This document shows, piece after piece, positions 12,124 through 24,923 of a stretch of 64,000 nucleotides of DNA. Each line of letters begins with the position of its first letter. Position 1 is the first letter of the stretch. The stretch is taken from the NCBI RefSeq assembly GCF_001447785.1, contig NW_015160231.1, positions 62,001-126,000 of the forward strand. The letters run 5' to 3'. The notes under the pieces were generated by a model that had not been told where the DNA came from, ran no database searches, and was given only the letters and a program-made list of their open reading frames with translations. The DNA is from Gekko japonicus (lineage: Eukaryota). The translations under genes were made by a program, and so were the position numbers.

Positions 12124-14254
12124 GCCTGCATCCAACCCTGCAGTTCCTCTAATAGCATAGCATTTCTTTTTGCAGAAGAGGGAGCGGTGATTTCTGCCAA
12201 TTCACCCTCACACTGCAGACTCTAGGGTCACCAGGTCCTCCCTGGCCACCGGCAGGGGATAGGGGGTAGGGTTGCCAGATCCAGGTGGTAAACTCCTGGA
12301 GATTTGTTTTTGGGTTTTTTTTAAACCCCCGGAGGGGTATTTTTATTTTTTCAATATGACTACAAACTACAAAGAAAAATAAATAGAGTCCACCCACCAG
12401 TCATATTTTCTAGGGGAACTGATCTGAGCTGTAATTTCGAGGAATACCTAAGTCCTACTTGGAGGTTGGCATCCCTACAAGACCCCCACCTTGCCCCCAT
12501 ATGCTATGAGTTTCCTCTGACCCCCTCCCAAACAATATTTCAGGGGGCTTAGGAGGAGGAAGTGAGGAAGTTTCACTCTCCAAATGCCACTAATAATTCA
12601 CAGCAATAGCCCTCCAAACGGAGACATACATTTGAGAGAAGACATCTGGACCCCACACCATAACACCTGCACATTTATTGTACAAAAAAAATCTTGAGGG
12701 AAACCCCCGGTTTTGACTAACATGGCATTATACAAAAAAAGTTAACTAATAACCTGTGAGGAGAATCCTGAGCACAGTGATAAAACTGGAATATTAATGC
12801 ACAAGTTCCCCCCCACTCCCAGCTCCCCCCCACTCCCAGCTCCCTTTTCATACCTTCTCTGGACAATGGTGAGGCTAGACTGGCTGCTTCCAATTCTATC
12901 ACTAGGCAGAGCACCCAACAAGACAAAGAAAAGCATCTTCTCCTCCTTATGACCTGACAAGCACTGGAATAATTGCTGCATTAGGAAGTCCATTTCCAAA
13001 CAGGTTTGTAGAGAAAGGAAACAATACGCTGAATACCTTTCATAACCCGCCTTTTGCTCTTCTTCTACATCCCAATTCTATTAAAAAGCAAAGTGTGACA
13101 TTGGTGTGTTTGAAAGTAGGGTAGTGTTTGCTTGTTTTTTGTTTCTTCAGTGTTAGTAGATATATAAAATAAAAATTATCCTTCTAACATAGGGTTACCA
13201 TTTGCTCTAGCAGGCCCTTCCCAATTTCAGTCAGGTGGGCGGTGAGAGAAAAAATGGGGGATCATCAGTGCCCCCCCCACACACACTGACTTCATTTCCA
13301 GCTCGACTGGCAGTGACATCAGCACATTGCTGGTGATGCTCTAGCATTTGGCCAAAACTCTGTGGTTAAATCAGAGATTTTGGACAAATGCTAGAATGTT
13401 GCTGGTGACGTCATTAAGGCACTGGCGAGGGCCCAACCCCACATGGTGAGCTTCCTGACAGTTTCCAGCCTTGTGCTGGCAACTCCATTCTAACAGTATT
13501 TCTTTGTACATGCACATGTGTGTGTGAAGTGCCATCAAGTCACAGACAATTTATGGCAACTCCATAGAGCTTTCAAGGCCAGTGATTAAGCAGAGGTGCT
13601 CTGCCATTGCCTTCCTCTGCAAAATCTTCCCAACCAAATACCAAACCAGCTTAGCTTCTGAAACACACCAACAAACACACTGAGCCAGAGAAATAATGTT
13701 AGAAGGATAATTTTGATTATTGTCCACTTTGATTTCCTTACCAAAATCCTTGTCAAATTTCTCTTGTGAGAGGACGTTTAATGACAGATGGGTTATAGTT
13801 CTTGTAGACATACATCCGTGGGTCTTTCCCCACACGGGTAGGAAAGCAGCCTAGCAACCACACTAGCTTGCAGTCATGGAAGGTGAGGTTTCACAGTGCT
13901 TTCCAAGATAAAAACCCATTCATGGGTCTGTAAACCTTCCAAATAAAAACTGTGGATCTTCCCATTTACAGTGAACAATGACTATAGTAATTCTCCAAGA
14001 TTCTTTTGAGGTACAGATCTGTCTGCCCAATGGACTTTTTCAGAAGCTTGAAGATTCTGTATTGGCCAACTGAGAGTTATTTCGAACAAGGTGTGATTTA
14101 TCGATCTTGAAATATTGGAGAATCGTATAAATTATCCCTGGGATTAAATTTGGTAATCGGTGCAAGGAATAGGTAGCAACACGGTCAAAAGTGTAATTTT
14201 TAGTTCCATTTCATTCCAGAAAGCAAAGTTCAGTTTTTCAATTATACTCAACTG

Positions 14255-14960
14255 TAAGGTTGGGAAATTCGTGGAGATTTGGATAGGAGCCTGGGGAAGG
14301 TAGCATTTGGTGAGTGGACGGACCTCCGTAGGTTTGCTAGCTCCCAGGTGGGTGCAGGGTATTCCCCACTTTTGTGGGCTTGGGCCCGCCACCAGCAAGC
14401 TGGCTGTCAGGGGAAACCCCGCACCCCAGAAGACATCCCTTGGTGAGGTTGTTGACACAAGCGATGTCATCACGTTGGGGGCAACACTCTACTTTAGAGT
14501 TTTGCCCAAAAAGTAGAGTGTTGCCCCAGCACGATGACGTCACTTCAGGAAGTGAAGTCATCACATTGACAACATCCTGGCCCACCCCTGGAATGCCCCC
14601 CAAGTCCCCCCGCTGGCAACAGGTAAGGACCTGGCCAGTGTTCCCTCTAAGCTGAGTTAGTGTGAGCTAGCTCACAGTTTTTTAGCCTCCAGCTCACACA
14701 TTTTTGCCATAGCTCAGGAAGGATGGCTCCAGAGGAAACTAATTTATGCAGCAGCCGAATCGCTCACTCACATCTTTGATGCCAATAGCTCACAAGACTT
14801 CACAGCTTAGAGGGAGCATTGGACCTGGCAACCCTAGATCTCAGAGGGTTATAATGCCATAATGCTATAAAGTCCTCCCTCCAAAGCTGCTGTTTTTCCC
14901 AGGGGAACTGATCTCTGTCAGTTGAGAGATCAGTCGAAATTCCAGGAAATTAGCAAACCT
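14255..14960. mobile_element. Three nested hAT MITEs: outer ~14255-14960, middle 14329-14836, inner 14636-14821
   Basis: Inner CAGTGTTCCCTCTAAG family with TSD GACCTGGC; middle TAGG..CCTA with degenerate TSD GACCTCCG/GATCTCAG; the outer consensus continues across the insertion. Confidence 0.85.
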
Positions 14961-14967
14961 GCTCCAA

Positions 14968-15165
14968 TAGGGTGGCCAGCCTTCAGGTGGAACCTGAAGA
15001 TCTCCAGCTGACAGAAATCAGCTCCCCTGGAGACAATGGCTGCTTTGAAGGGTGGACTCTATGGCATTGGACCATGCTGAGGTCCCTCCCCTCCCCAAAC
15101 CCCACCCTCTCTTGGATCCACCCCCAAAGTCTCCAGGTATTTTCCAACCCAGAGCTGGCAACCCT
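14968..15165. mobile_element. Short TAGGGTTGCC-family MITE, the most abundant subfamily here (also ~8928, 12222, 26473, 29463-29643, 35151, 40897, 41181)
   Basis: TAGGGTGGCCAG...CTGGCAACCCTG ends; shared core AGAGTCCACCCTCCAAAGCAGCCATTTTCTCCAGGGG. Confidence 0.85.
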
Positions 15166-15233
15166 GTGCCCCAATGATTTATATTCTCTTAAAGACAGTT
15201 TTCCACATTACTCAGAATGAAGTGGTAGCATTC

Positions 15234-15436
15234 TGGACTATACCACTTCAGATTGCATGGGGGTCAGTTTTTGAATGGTCTGTCACTTACAGCAGATGAA
15301 CAAAAACTTGTGTTTAGTAAGCTAGCATCCAAGACCGCTACAGTGAACCTTTCCTCCCGTGGTAATTTACTATGTTCATGGAATTAAAAATATGAAAATC
15401 CTCCATGCACACCTGCAGTCTGAAGTGGTATAGTTC
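15234..15436. mobile_element. Old TIR MITE
   Basis: GACTATACCACTTCAGATTGCA ... TGCAGTCTGAAGTGGTATAGTTC inverted termini. Confidence 0.55.
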
Positions 15437-16423
15437 AGTCTGTCCTGTCCTGTATAACATGCTCATTAGCTGTTAGGAGGGTAGGGAAATCATGAAACCT
15501 TTTCGTAAATGGTTCAAAATTACTTAAAATAACTATTTATGTATACAATCTGATTGAACCATGTATTCACAGCTCCCCTCAGTTTGAATTAAGGAAATGT
15601 GTTAAGCGGTGGCCTGTGTGTAAGAGAACAGTAAAGTGCTGGTCTGCCAGCTTCTGAGCTGATAAAAGATTAACCTCTTTGCTGTGATCTATTTTTATAT
15701 GTATAGCAGAAAGTTCTTTGCATTTTGATCTGTTAGAAAGTTGCCTTTATTCCTAGGCGAATTATGAGATAAATGGGAAGAACACATGGTTTGTAAAGGG
15801 ACTTTCAAATTACATTTTATTTTAAATGCCAAGGAAAATGAATGGCCTGAGATTAAAAGTAATGGTGTGAATATGCATGGGAGTGAGAATTACTTCAAGG
15901 AAATATTAAAGAAGATCAGAAGAACCGGGTATGGTAATACGATCCATGAAATTTGGTCCTTCCCATCTATATCCCAGCATTCAGTTAATGGAAAATGTGG
16001 CCCTGGCAGCTTAGATCGTATACGTACTAATTAAAAACACAGAAGAATAAAAGGTCCCCCTCGTCTTTCATCTTTCCATTTAGAGACTGCATTATTTAAA
16101 GGCACAGAGATGAAGGCTTCAGAAAATGCCCCACGTTTAAAATTCTGACCCATATAAATGACACAACGATAGACAGTTCCTGTTTATCTGTCCTACACTA
16201 ATCGATAGGTTTTCCTTTCATGTGGAGCTAACACGGCAGTGAAGGGAAATAAAGCACTGAAAAACTGATTCACAGGCTCAAATACTGTCAGAATATTGTA
16301 TGTGCAGTGGGGAATGTAAGCTGTAACTCATTAAATGAATCCTTTCTGTCTGATCCTTTCCTTTAAAAAATGAGATGTACAGATTATGGCCAGTTCAAAT
16401 TATACCCTGTTCACACGTTACAT

Positions 16424-16984
16424 CAGGGTTCCCAGCGTGGTGCCTGTGGGTGGTGGCCGTGGAACCTGCCAACACCTTTCCCGGTGCCCACCAAGTGTTT
16501 TTAGAAAGTGGGAGGGGCCAGGTGGGGCTTTCCCCAGCAAGGCTTCTGACTGGCCATGGGAGATTTGATTGGCTGTGCAGATTTTTAAAAATGTTGGTTT
16601 GGCAGCAGCTCCCACCACACCACAAGGACTTTTCACTGTGTGACTGAAGGTAAGCTGTGGCGGCCATTTTGTGGCTGCACCTGCTATGCTGCTATGTCAG
16701 AAATTCAGAAGAAGAAGAGTTGGATTTATACCCCGCCCTTCACTCGGAGTCTCAGAGCACCTTACAGACTCCTTTCCCTTCCCCTCCCCACAACAGACAC
16801 CCTGTGAAGTAGGTGGGGCTGAGAGGCTCTTTCAAGAACAGCTCTGACAGAACTATGGCTTGCCCAAGATCATCCAGCAGCTGCAGGTGGAGGAGTGGGG
16901 AATTAAACCTGGTTCTCCCAGATTAGAGTCCTCACACTTAACCACTACACCAAACTGCAGGCTTAAAAAGGTTGGGGACCGCTG
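16424..16984. mobile_element. hAT (Charlie-like) non-autonomous element with a nested Squam3 SINE (16707-16957, minus)
   Basis: CAGGGTTCCCAG...GGTTGGGGACCGCTG ends; the SINE is the reverse complement of the 37461 copy; related element ~43365-43620. Confidence 0.75.
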
Positions 16985-17514
16985 CATTAAGTCGTAGGAG
17001 CAGTGACCCAGCACGGTATCAGGTGGATCCTGCATCAAGACTTGCTTCTAAAGCAAACCTTTTGTAGAATCACCTTCACTTCATCTTTCCTAAAATCCAC
17101 ACTACTTTTGTTCTTTCACATGCTAGGCTTCGCAAAACTCTTAACATTGTGAAAACATTTTGAGAGTTGGCAAGTCCACGACCGCATTAACAAATTGAAC
17201 GGAGCTGATAACCCTTGGCTCACCCCGTGCAGTTTTATTTCTTTGGCTGTTCTTGGGCTATCATAAACAAAGAATATTGGAAATCTTATTACAACAACAT
17301 TGTGAGGGAGGTTAGGTTACATGAAAGTGAATTGGCTGTGGTAACCCAGTGAGCTTCTATGGAAGAGTGAGGAGAGAGTCCTGCACTGTAACCACTACAT
17401 ACCAGTTTCGTCAACCAGCTGTCTGTGTAACTAAATGTAAATATCTGGGAGAGGGATGCAGCCATTCTGCATTAAACTTTTAAAACAAACCATTGGGCAT
17501 AAACAGTGTAAAAA

Positions 17515-17730
17515 TTATCCCTAAAATAGAAGCAGACCTTTAAAAAGCCGGTAAGATAAGACCCCTCATTAAAAGCCAAGGTAAAAAGATATGTTTTGGC
17601 CTGGCATCTAAAAGAAAGGGGGAGAGCATTCCAGAGGCAAGGTGCCACCACAGAAAATGCCCTGTCTCCAGTCACCACCTGCTTCACTTTGAAGACAGAG
17701 GAACAGAAAGCAGATCTTAACAGACGGGCT
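17515..17730 (-). mobile_element. L2 LINE 3' fragment
   Basis: Translates GDRAFSVVAPCLWNALP..FRCQAKTYLFTLAF, the typical L2 ORF2 C-terminus. Confidence 0.8.
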
Positions 17731-18631
17731 AAATTTTATGGGAGGAATTGCTTTATCCAACCATCCATCCATGCATAGGTCTCTTAGGGAAGAAAATTTC
17801 ACCAAAACGGATGCAAATCTAAGGCAGATAGTACAGATGGCTGAACAAATGGTAGACTGGAAAACAGTGTCTAAATGGCGAGCAAGCTGAATAAACAGAA
17901 GTTAAATTCCTCCAAGAATAAACAATCAAATATCCAAAATGATGTTGGTAGCAATATGCTAATTTTAAACCTCAGCTAGCAAGAACTTGTTTTGGCATCG
18001 GTAAAATGAAAAGGGCCAAGTTAGATTGAAGGCAAAATCAAGTTTAAATTCCAAGTTTTTAACAGATTGTAAATCTAACCAAAGGAAAGTAAGCAAAGTT
18101 GAATAAAACCCATTTTAGAAATTATATAATTATGCACCAAAAATTTGGCTGCAATGTTTGGCTTGTGAGCAGAAAGCGGGAAAGAGAACAAACAATTTTT
18201 GTAAATCAGCATTTTTTTAATTTGGTGTTTCTTGAACTACTATAATACACAGATACAGTTAGCTGATCTTCTAAGCCAATCGATGGAGACTTTATGACCC
18301 TATTATGTTCTAAATAATCCAGTAACATGGCAGAAAAAATGTGTGAAAAAATGAACTTTGAAAAAAGGAGGGGAAATGGAAGTTGCCAAGTAGGGGTGAC
18401 TCAAGTATCTAATTTCTATACATGGTATTAAAGAAAGACCAGGAAGAAGCAGGGACATTAACTTCCGCACCATGATGTATAGGAAAATGCAAATGTTGAC
18501 TGAATGTAATGCATGGCAGAGTACAGAAAGTCCTACTTAAAACATGTATTTTACATGTACAGGGTTGGATCCAACTAGCTTTTTCACTAATGAAAAGAGA
18601 GGAGGGACTCCACCAAAAAGGCTATGCTGGT

Positions 18632-19055
18632 ACTTTTCTCCCTTTCTCACAATACAAGAACTCGTGGGCACTCCATGAAATTGCTGAGCGGTCGGGTTAG
18701 AACGGATAAAAGGAAGTACTTCTTCACCCAAAGAGTGATTAACACTTGGAATTCACTGCCACAGGAAGTGGTGGCGGCTACAAGCATGGACGGCTTCAAA
18801 AGGGAATTAGATAAGCATATGGAGCAGAGGTCCATCAATGGCTATTAGCCACAAGGTATAGATAGGGACTCTGGGGCAAGTGATGCTCTGTCATCTTGGT
18901 GCTTGGGGGGGGGGGGTCAACAGTGGGAGGGCTTCTAATGTCCTGGCCCCACTGGTGGACCTCCTGATGGCACTGGTATTTCTGGCCACTGTGGGATACA
19001 GAGTGTTGGACTGGATGGGCCTTTGGCCTGATCCAACATTGGCATTTTATGTTTA
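18632..19055 (+). mobile_element. CR1 LINE, 5'-truncated (ORF2 C-terminus plus 3'UTR)
   Basis: LFSLSHNTRTRGHSMKL..GRVRTDKRKYFFTQRVINTWNSLPQEVV...FKRELDKHM; the 3'UTR also occurs at 41555-41653 and 49945-50114 with TTATGTTC tails. Confidence 0.92.
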
Positions 19056-19092
19056 CTACATAGTTAATTTCCTTTCCCCCCCATTATGGTGA

Positions 19093-19417
19093 ATGGTGTG
19101 GTTAAGACGCTGAGCTGCAGACTGAAAAGTCAGTAGTTCAGCAGTTCGAGACCCGAGTGCCGCAACACGGAATGAGCTCCCGTCTCTGGCCCCAGCTCCT
19201 GCCAACCTAGCAGTTCGAAAGCAAGAAATTGCAAGTAGATAAATAGGTACCGCTTCGGTGGGAAGGTAGCAGCGTTCCCTGCACCTCGGCGTCTAGTCAT
19301 GCCAGCCACATGATCACAGAAACGTCTTTGGACAGCTCTGGCCCTTCAGCTTGGAAATGGAGATGAGCACCACATCCCTAGAGTTGGATTTGACTGGCTT
19401 TCAAGCAAGGGAAACCT
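19093..19417 (+). mobile_element. Sauria SINE
   Basis: CCCAGCTCCTGCCAACCTAGCAGTTCGAAAGCA...GCAAGTAGATAAATAGGTACC core. Confidence 0.88.
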
Positions 19418-19522
19418 AAGTAATCCAGATCCATTTCTGCAAAGCCACATGACTGTAAGCACAGACATACTGAGATAACATGCAACATAATTCCTGGTAT
19501 TGTGTGGAAGTACTACTATCAA

Positions 19523-19875
19523 GGAGCTGTGGTGGCTCAAGTGGTTAAGACACTGAACTGCAGGCTGTGGAAGGTCAGTAGTTCAGCAGTTTGAGACCAG
19601 GGTGCCGCATGACGGAGTGAGCTCCCATCTCTAGTTCCAGCTCCTGCCAACCTAGCAGTTCAAAAGCAAGAAATTGCAAGTAGATAAATAGGTACCACTC
19701 CAGTGGGAAGGTAACAGCGTTCCGTGCACCTTGGTGTTTAGTCATGCCGGCCACATGACCACGGAAATGTCTTCGGACAGCGCTGGCTCTTCGGCTTTGA
19801 AACGGAGATGAGCACCGCAACCTTAGAGTCGGATTTGACTGGCTTTCGAGCAAGGGAACCTTTACCTTTACCTTT
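19523..19875 (+). mobile_element. Full-length Sauria SINE
   Basis: tRNA-like head, Sauria core, (ACCTTT)n tail, 12-bp TSD TACTACTATCAA (19511-19522, 19876-19887). Confidence 0.93.
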
Positions 19876-21444
19876 TACTACTATCAATACTGGTGTTCAG
19901 TGTGACATCACCAGACTCTGCTCCAATGACAACATCACAGCCTACCTCATGACACGAGCACTCCCTGCCCCATGACTTTTATGAGACTCAGCTGCTCTGC
20001 CACCTTGTGGTGAAATTCATGTATTCTGGGTCGTTGGTTGGTGTTGAGCTCTCCAGCCCCAACAATTCTGTATTTTTGTTTAACATATTTTTGCCCCACA
20101 TGACTCCTTGTTTCTGACCTATGGCTTTTTAGTAAATTCAGCATTTGGAAGTCTATTTCAAGATAACTAGTTTGAGTACCTGGGAGGGAAGGTGGCATGG
20201 TGTAGCTTTCCAGTTGTGAGGATCAGTTTGGAATCAACCTGAACCCCCGGAGAAAGACTGAACAAATACCCATTGGATCAACTCTCTACTTATGAAAACA
20301 CTGCTGTGCTCCCTAGGTTTATAATACCTTATCTCCGATATATTTTTTTCATGCTTCCAGATAGACGTTTAATGAAACAGGTTGTATTTTAAGCTGTTAA
20401 CTATCCCCCTGTGCTGAATCTACTTTATGAAATTATCCTCAAGAACCTGGGGGAATATGGGGCTTTTCTGCACAGTCATCCAAAGCCTGTGCCCAGATGA
20501 ATTTTATCCCTAGTCATATATTCTGCAAGTGGCATTTTAGCAGCGACAGCTCAAGCTCCCATCTGCAGGGAACAGATAGTAAGGTGGGTGTGGAGGAAAA
20601 CACTTTCTGCTATTTGATGCTCTTTTTAAAAAAGAATCCCATTGGATGTGCACTTTCCTCAGACCTATACAACAGCCAAGCAACAGATGGGTGCCCAACC
20701 TCCAAATAATTAAAAATCGCCTCCAAAGTACAAATATTTTGAGCAGGAGAAGGAGACAAGGCATTTCTGTCATCAGCAATTGGATTGCAGCTAATAGCAG
20801 ACAGGTGCCTTGTACATCTCATACTACCACGTTCTTGGGTTCCTAAAAACTGCTGAAGGCAGGGAATCCCCATCCCCAGCTCCTGTTTCCCACCATTTTT
20901 CCTGTTGCCACTGGGAGAAAAAAAAAATGTTAAAAAATAGCCATAAGCACCAGCATGATGTTAGGCTGTTCTAGGAATCTAGATTTTACCATAGAGTTTC
21001 AGGCAATTCCTAGAGAGGTATGATATCACTTTCAGATTTTCAGGGAAATCCCACCTCCAAACAGGGATGTCACCGGGCGACACCCCCAACACAATGATGT
21101 CATCTGGAAGTGACATCATCGCAGCAGCACTGCGCTAGTTTTTGGGCAAACACTATTGTTTTGAAGTCAAACCATGGAGTCATGTGCAACGTCACCAATG
21201 CAATGATGTCACCCCCGGAATGCCTCCCCCAAATCCCCCTTGCTGCAATGGTGAGGGGACCTGGCAACCCTGTTTGCTCAGAAAACGTGGCAGCCATTCA
21301 AGAGTTCTGCCTTAAGGGAAGACTCATAAGTAGGTCAAACAAGTGGTCTTTTAAGGCCTGTAATTATTCATAGTTTTTTACAGCATAGGTTGTACTGTTT
21401 TGGTGAAAATTAGTGAATTCAGTTTAACAGGTGAAGGTGTTGTG

Positions 21445-21640
21445 GGGAGGAGCAATGGCTCAATGACGAAGCATTTGCTTTGCAGGCAGAAAGTCCCAGG
21501 TTCAATTGCTGGCATCTCCAATTGAAAGGATCGGGTAGTAGTTGATGTAAAAGGCCTTGGAGACCTGCTTGCCAGTCAGAATAGCTAATACAGGCCACTG
21601 GTATAGCCCACTATAAAGCAGCTTCGTGTGCTCTTGTGTT
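21445..21640 (+). mobile_element. Old tRNA-derived SINE (reverse copy ~62170-62350)
   Basis: A/B-box-like head TGGCTCAATG...CCCAGGTTCAATT and body CTGCTTGCCAGTCAGAATAG shared with the 62.2 kb copy. Confidence 0.6.
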
Positions 21641-23294
21641 CAAGTGGTGAAGGCACCATGGGATGTTTTATTTATTTGTTACATTGCAGCTACCATTTAT
21701 TCCAAGGAGCTCATGGTAGAGTAGGTGTTCACCTATTTTCCATTTTATTATTGTAACAACTGTAAGCTGAGAGAGAGTTGCCCAAGGTCACTCATTGAGT
21801 TCTAAGGCTGACTGGAGAACTGAATACAGGTGTTCACTTTTGAAGTCCAACAGTCTAAGTCCAACAACACCACGTTAGCTATGGATACACCCATTGTTAA
21901 GGATTGGAAGGGAAGGGAAGGGAATATTAGTCATATCAATATCATTTTAGAGCTCTGTTTTATGTGCTTTTGTGCCTGGGCTTCTTGATTTTATGGATGC
22001 TTTTTACTGATGTTTTTATTTACTTGGGTTGTTTTTCTGTTACAAATTTGTTTCTATTGTAAATGTTTGGTTTTATGGTTAAGAAATGCCTCGGGCAGGT
22101 CTAGAGAGGCTGCATACACACATTTTCCAAACAAATGAACAAACATATAATGGAATCTGAGCCTGCGAATTGTGATTAATTTTTGTTCGTTGTTTACTCT
22201 TCCCACATGGGGAAAGCATTCAATTGTTTTGGGACTCCACTCATCTCTGGTTGCCACCTCAGATGATTTATCCTAAGAGAAAATCCTCTAGTGCATCATT
22301 TCATTAGCCTCTCAAACATCATATTGGCAGATTAAAGGTGAATAAATGAAAAGCACTGTAGTCTGACTACTCTCCCCCACCCAATGCTCTTGGAGCATTA
22401 TAGAGACCATCACTAACTCTATTAATCTGAGCTGAAATATGATGCAGTCTTCTTTACCTTCTGTAGTGCATCTCTCCCGTTATTTATGAATCCATTAGCT
22501 TTCTGTACCCTTCCTTGGCCTTGCAAATTCTTTAATTGTTCTGCTTCTTAGTTCCACTCAGGTTCAAGGAAAGCAAAGGGCATCAGCTCAGATGTAAAGG
22601 TCAGTTTGCCTTGCAAAGTTCCATATTTCACATTCTTGCTGGGGTTTTTCCCTCCAAGCGCAAAATGGCATCAGAAACATGTCAAAAATAATCTTAAAAC
22701 CAATCTGGACTATGTACTGACACAGGAAGACCTGGTGGTCACAGAGGAATTTATACCTAGGGGAGGATATGGTCCCCCTCCTAATGTTTTTGAGGTAAAA
22801 GCAGCAAGTACTGTCCCAAAGATTAAGCTATTGTATTCATATTTGTGTTTTTGAAGACTTCTTGATGCTATAGGGTTCTTCAGAATAAATAAGTATCTAG
22901 CTTTACTGTACTTCAAGTCATGGTATTTGCCTCCCTGTAAAATTAGTATTTTAAAACAACAACACCAACTTTATGCACAAATCAGAACTGCAAACTGGGA
23001 AAGAGCTACTGTAGGGTTTATAAAATGTGATACTTGTTTCCAGGGCTTTTTTCTTTCTTTTTCTTAAGAGGTGCTGGAACTTTCAAGAGGGAAATGAGGT
23101 TTTCAATCTGTATACTGAAAACTCATGAGAGGTTCCGGAACTCCATTCCAGTGCGTCCCCCCCCCCAAAAAAAAAACACCCTGCTTGTTTCTATACAATG
23201 TTGAAAGCTCTTGACCAAATAAGAACCTTTTTTGGAAGGCTAGGGAATAATAGATTGGCCTATTCAATGTAGTGTTAATGATGGTGCTTATAGT

Positions 23295-23711
23295 CAGGGG
23301 TCATTTCGTAGAAAAAGAGGTGCAGGAGCTCATTAGCATAACTCATCAGCATAACTTATTTGCATAAGCCACACCCCCTGACGTCACCAGAAGTGTGTCA
23401 GAAGGCGACACCCACCGCTCAGGCTCCACTGGACTGTTTTGGATNNNNNNNNNNNNNNNNNNNNNNNNNNNNNNNNAAGATCTGTCCTCACAGAGGAGGG
23501 AGAGCTTGTACCTGAATAAAACTTGGTCGTAAAGATGCCACTGGACTGTTTTGGACCGGGGGGCGGGGGGGCTCTTCAACTTACCTGGCTGCTTCTTGCT
23601 CTGACTGAGGGCTGCTGGGAGCAGGGGGTGGGCTTGTTGCATGTGCCCGCCCCCTGGGCTCTTCACTACCGGAGCTCCGCTCCTGTGCGCTCCTGCAGGA
23701 AATGACCCCTG
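23295..23711 (+). mobile_element. hAT MITE (CAGGGGTCATTT family), contains a 32-N gap
   Basis: TIRs CAGGGGTCATTTC/GAAATGACCCCTG; perfect 8-bp TSD CTTATAGT. Confidence 0.93.
23445..23476. other. Assembly gap (32 N) inside a MITE
   Basis: Ns; the paralogous copy at ~33365-33397 has a similar-length G-rich segment at this position. Confidence 1.
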
Positions 23712-24344
23712 CTTATAGTGGGCCTCCTGACAGGTTTCAGTTAAATTAATGTGGCCTTAAAGTGAATATTTCTTAGTAAAGGAAAAAAGGCATTATTTTG
23801 CTACATTTTTTTTGGGTGTAGATGGTTTCTAGAGAACAATGATAACTATGTATGCTTATTCTTGGCTTGTATATGTGAATGCCAATCACAGACGGGAATG
23901 CATCACCACATGTTTTCCTCAAAAAACAATTATATGCACACATCCGTGTCAGTGATTAATAATGACATGAAAAACAGTAAATAGAGGTACATGTGCCAGC
24001 CTTACAATGTGTTCAAGAGCACCTCATATGGGTACCAGTCACAGTAATGATCTAAAATCACCTATCCAAGCAAGAGACTCTATTAACAAATATATGGAAT
24101 TAAAAAAAACATCCTTTGAAACCATTTGTGTGAAACATTTTGTTCAAGTTCAGAGGCTTGGATAGTGGCATTCAGAGAAGCTCTATCACCTTCCAGCTGT
24201 TCACTTTCTCTGTTTAAGGACCTTTCCCTGTGAGGACCAAATGTACCATTGTTATTCATTCATTGCAATACATCTAGAGATACTGCCTTTAATAAAGCTG
24301 TGTTATGGAGGTACTGCTTCTTCCTTGTTCCCAAGGCCTGCTCA

Positions 24345-24566
24345 CCCTGACCTGGATAGCCCAGGCTAGCCCGATCTTGCAAGATCTCAGAAACGAAGCA
24401 GGGTTGGCCCTGGCTAGTATTTGAATGGAAGACCTCCAAGGAATACCAGGGTCATGATGATGCGGAGGCAGGCCATGGCAGACCACCTTTGAACTTCTCT
24501 TGCCTGGAGAACATCTACAGGGGTTGCCAAAAGTCAGCTGTGACTTGATGGCACTTTCCCCACCAC
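24345..24566 (+). mobile_element. 5S rRNA-derived SINE
   Basis: GCCCGATCTTG..AGATCTCAGAA..AAGCAGGGTTGGCCCTGGCTAGTATTTGAATGG.AGACCTCCAAGGAATACCAGGGT follows 5S rRNA, then a non-5S tail. Confidence 0.85.
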
Positions 24567-24660
24567 CAAGCCTTGTTCTCTGTGCCCTGCCGGCAGAGGT
24601 GAGACCATAGCACCATATTTTATCCAAATTACCCCAGCCTTCTTCTTTTCTACATAGAAG

Positions 24661-24923
24661 CAGGGGTCATTTCCTGCAGGAGCGCTCAGGAGCAGAGCTC
24701 CAGCAGTAAAGAGCCCAGGGGGCAGGCACATGCAACAAGCCCCACCCCCTGCTCCCAGCAGCCCCAGGCCACAAAGAGCAAGAAGCAGCTAGGCAAGTTG
24801 CAGTGGGTGTTGCCTTCTGACATGCTTACGGTGATGTCAGGGGGTGTGGCATATGCAAATAAGTTATGCTAATCAGATATGCTAATGAGCTCCTGCACCT
24901 CTTTTTCTACAAAATGACCCCTG
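24661..24923 (-). mobile_element. hAT MITE (CAGGGGTCATTT family), internally deleted
   Basis: TIRs plus perfect 8-bp TSD CATAGAAG; reverse of 23295 lacking ~150 bp of the middle. Confidence 0.93.

Noticed and set aside
19523-19600. tRNA genes
   Set aside because: The A/B boxes belong to SINE heads; no complete cloverleaf.
24365-24452. 5S rRNA gene (also near 1225, 56333, 56690)
   Set aside because: Diverged, altered 5' end and SINE tails or TSDs; these are 5S-derived SINEs.
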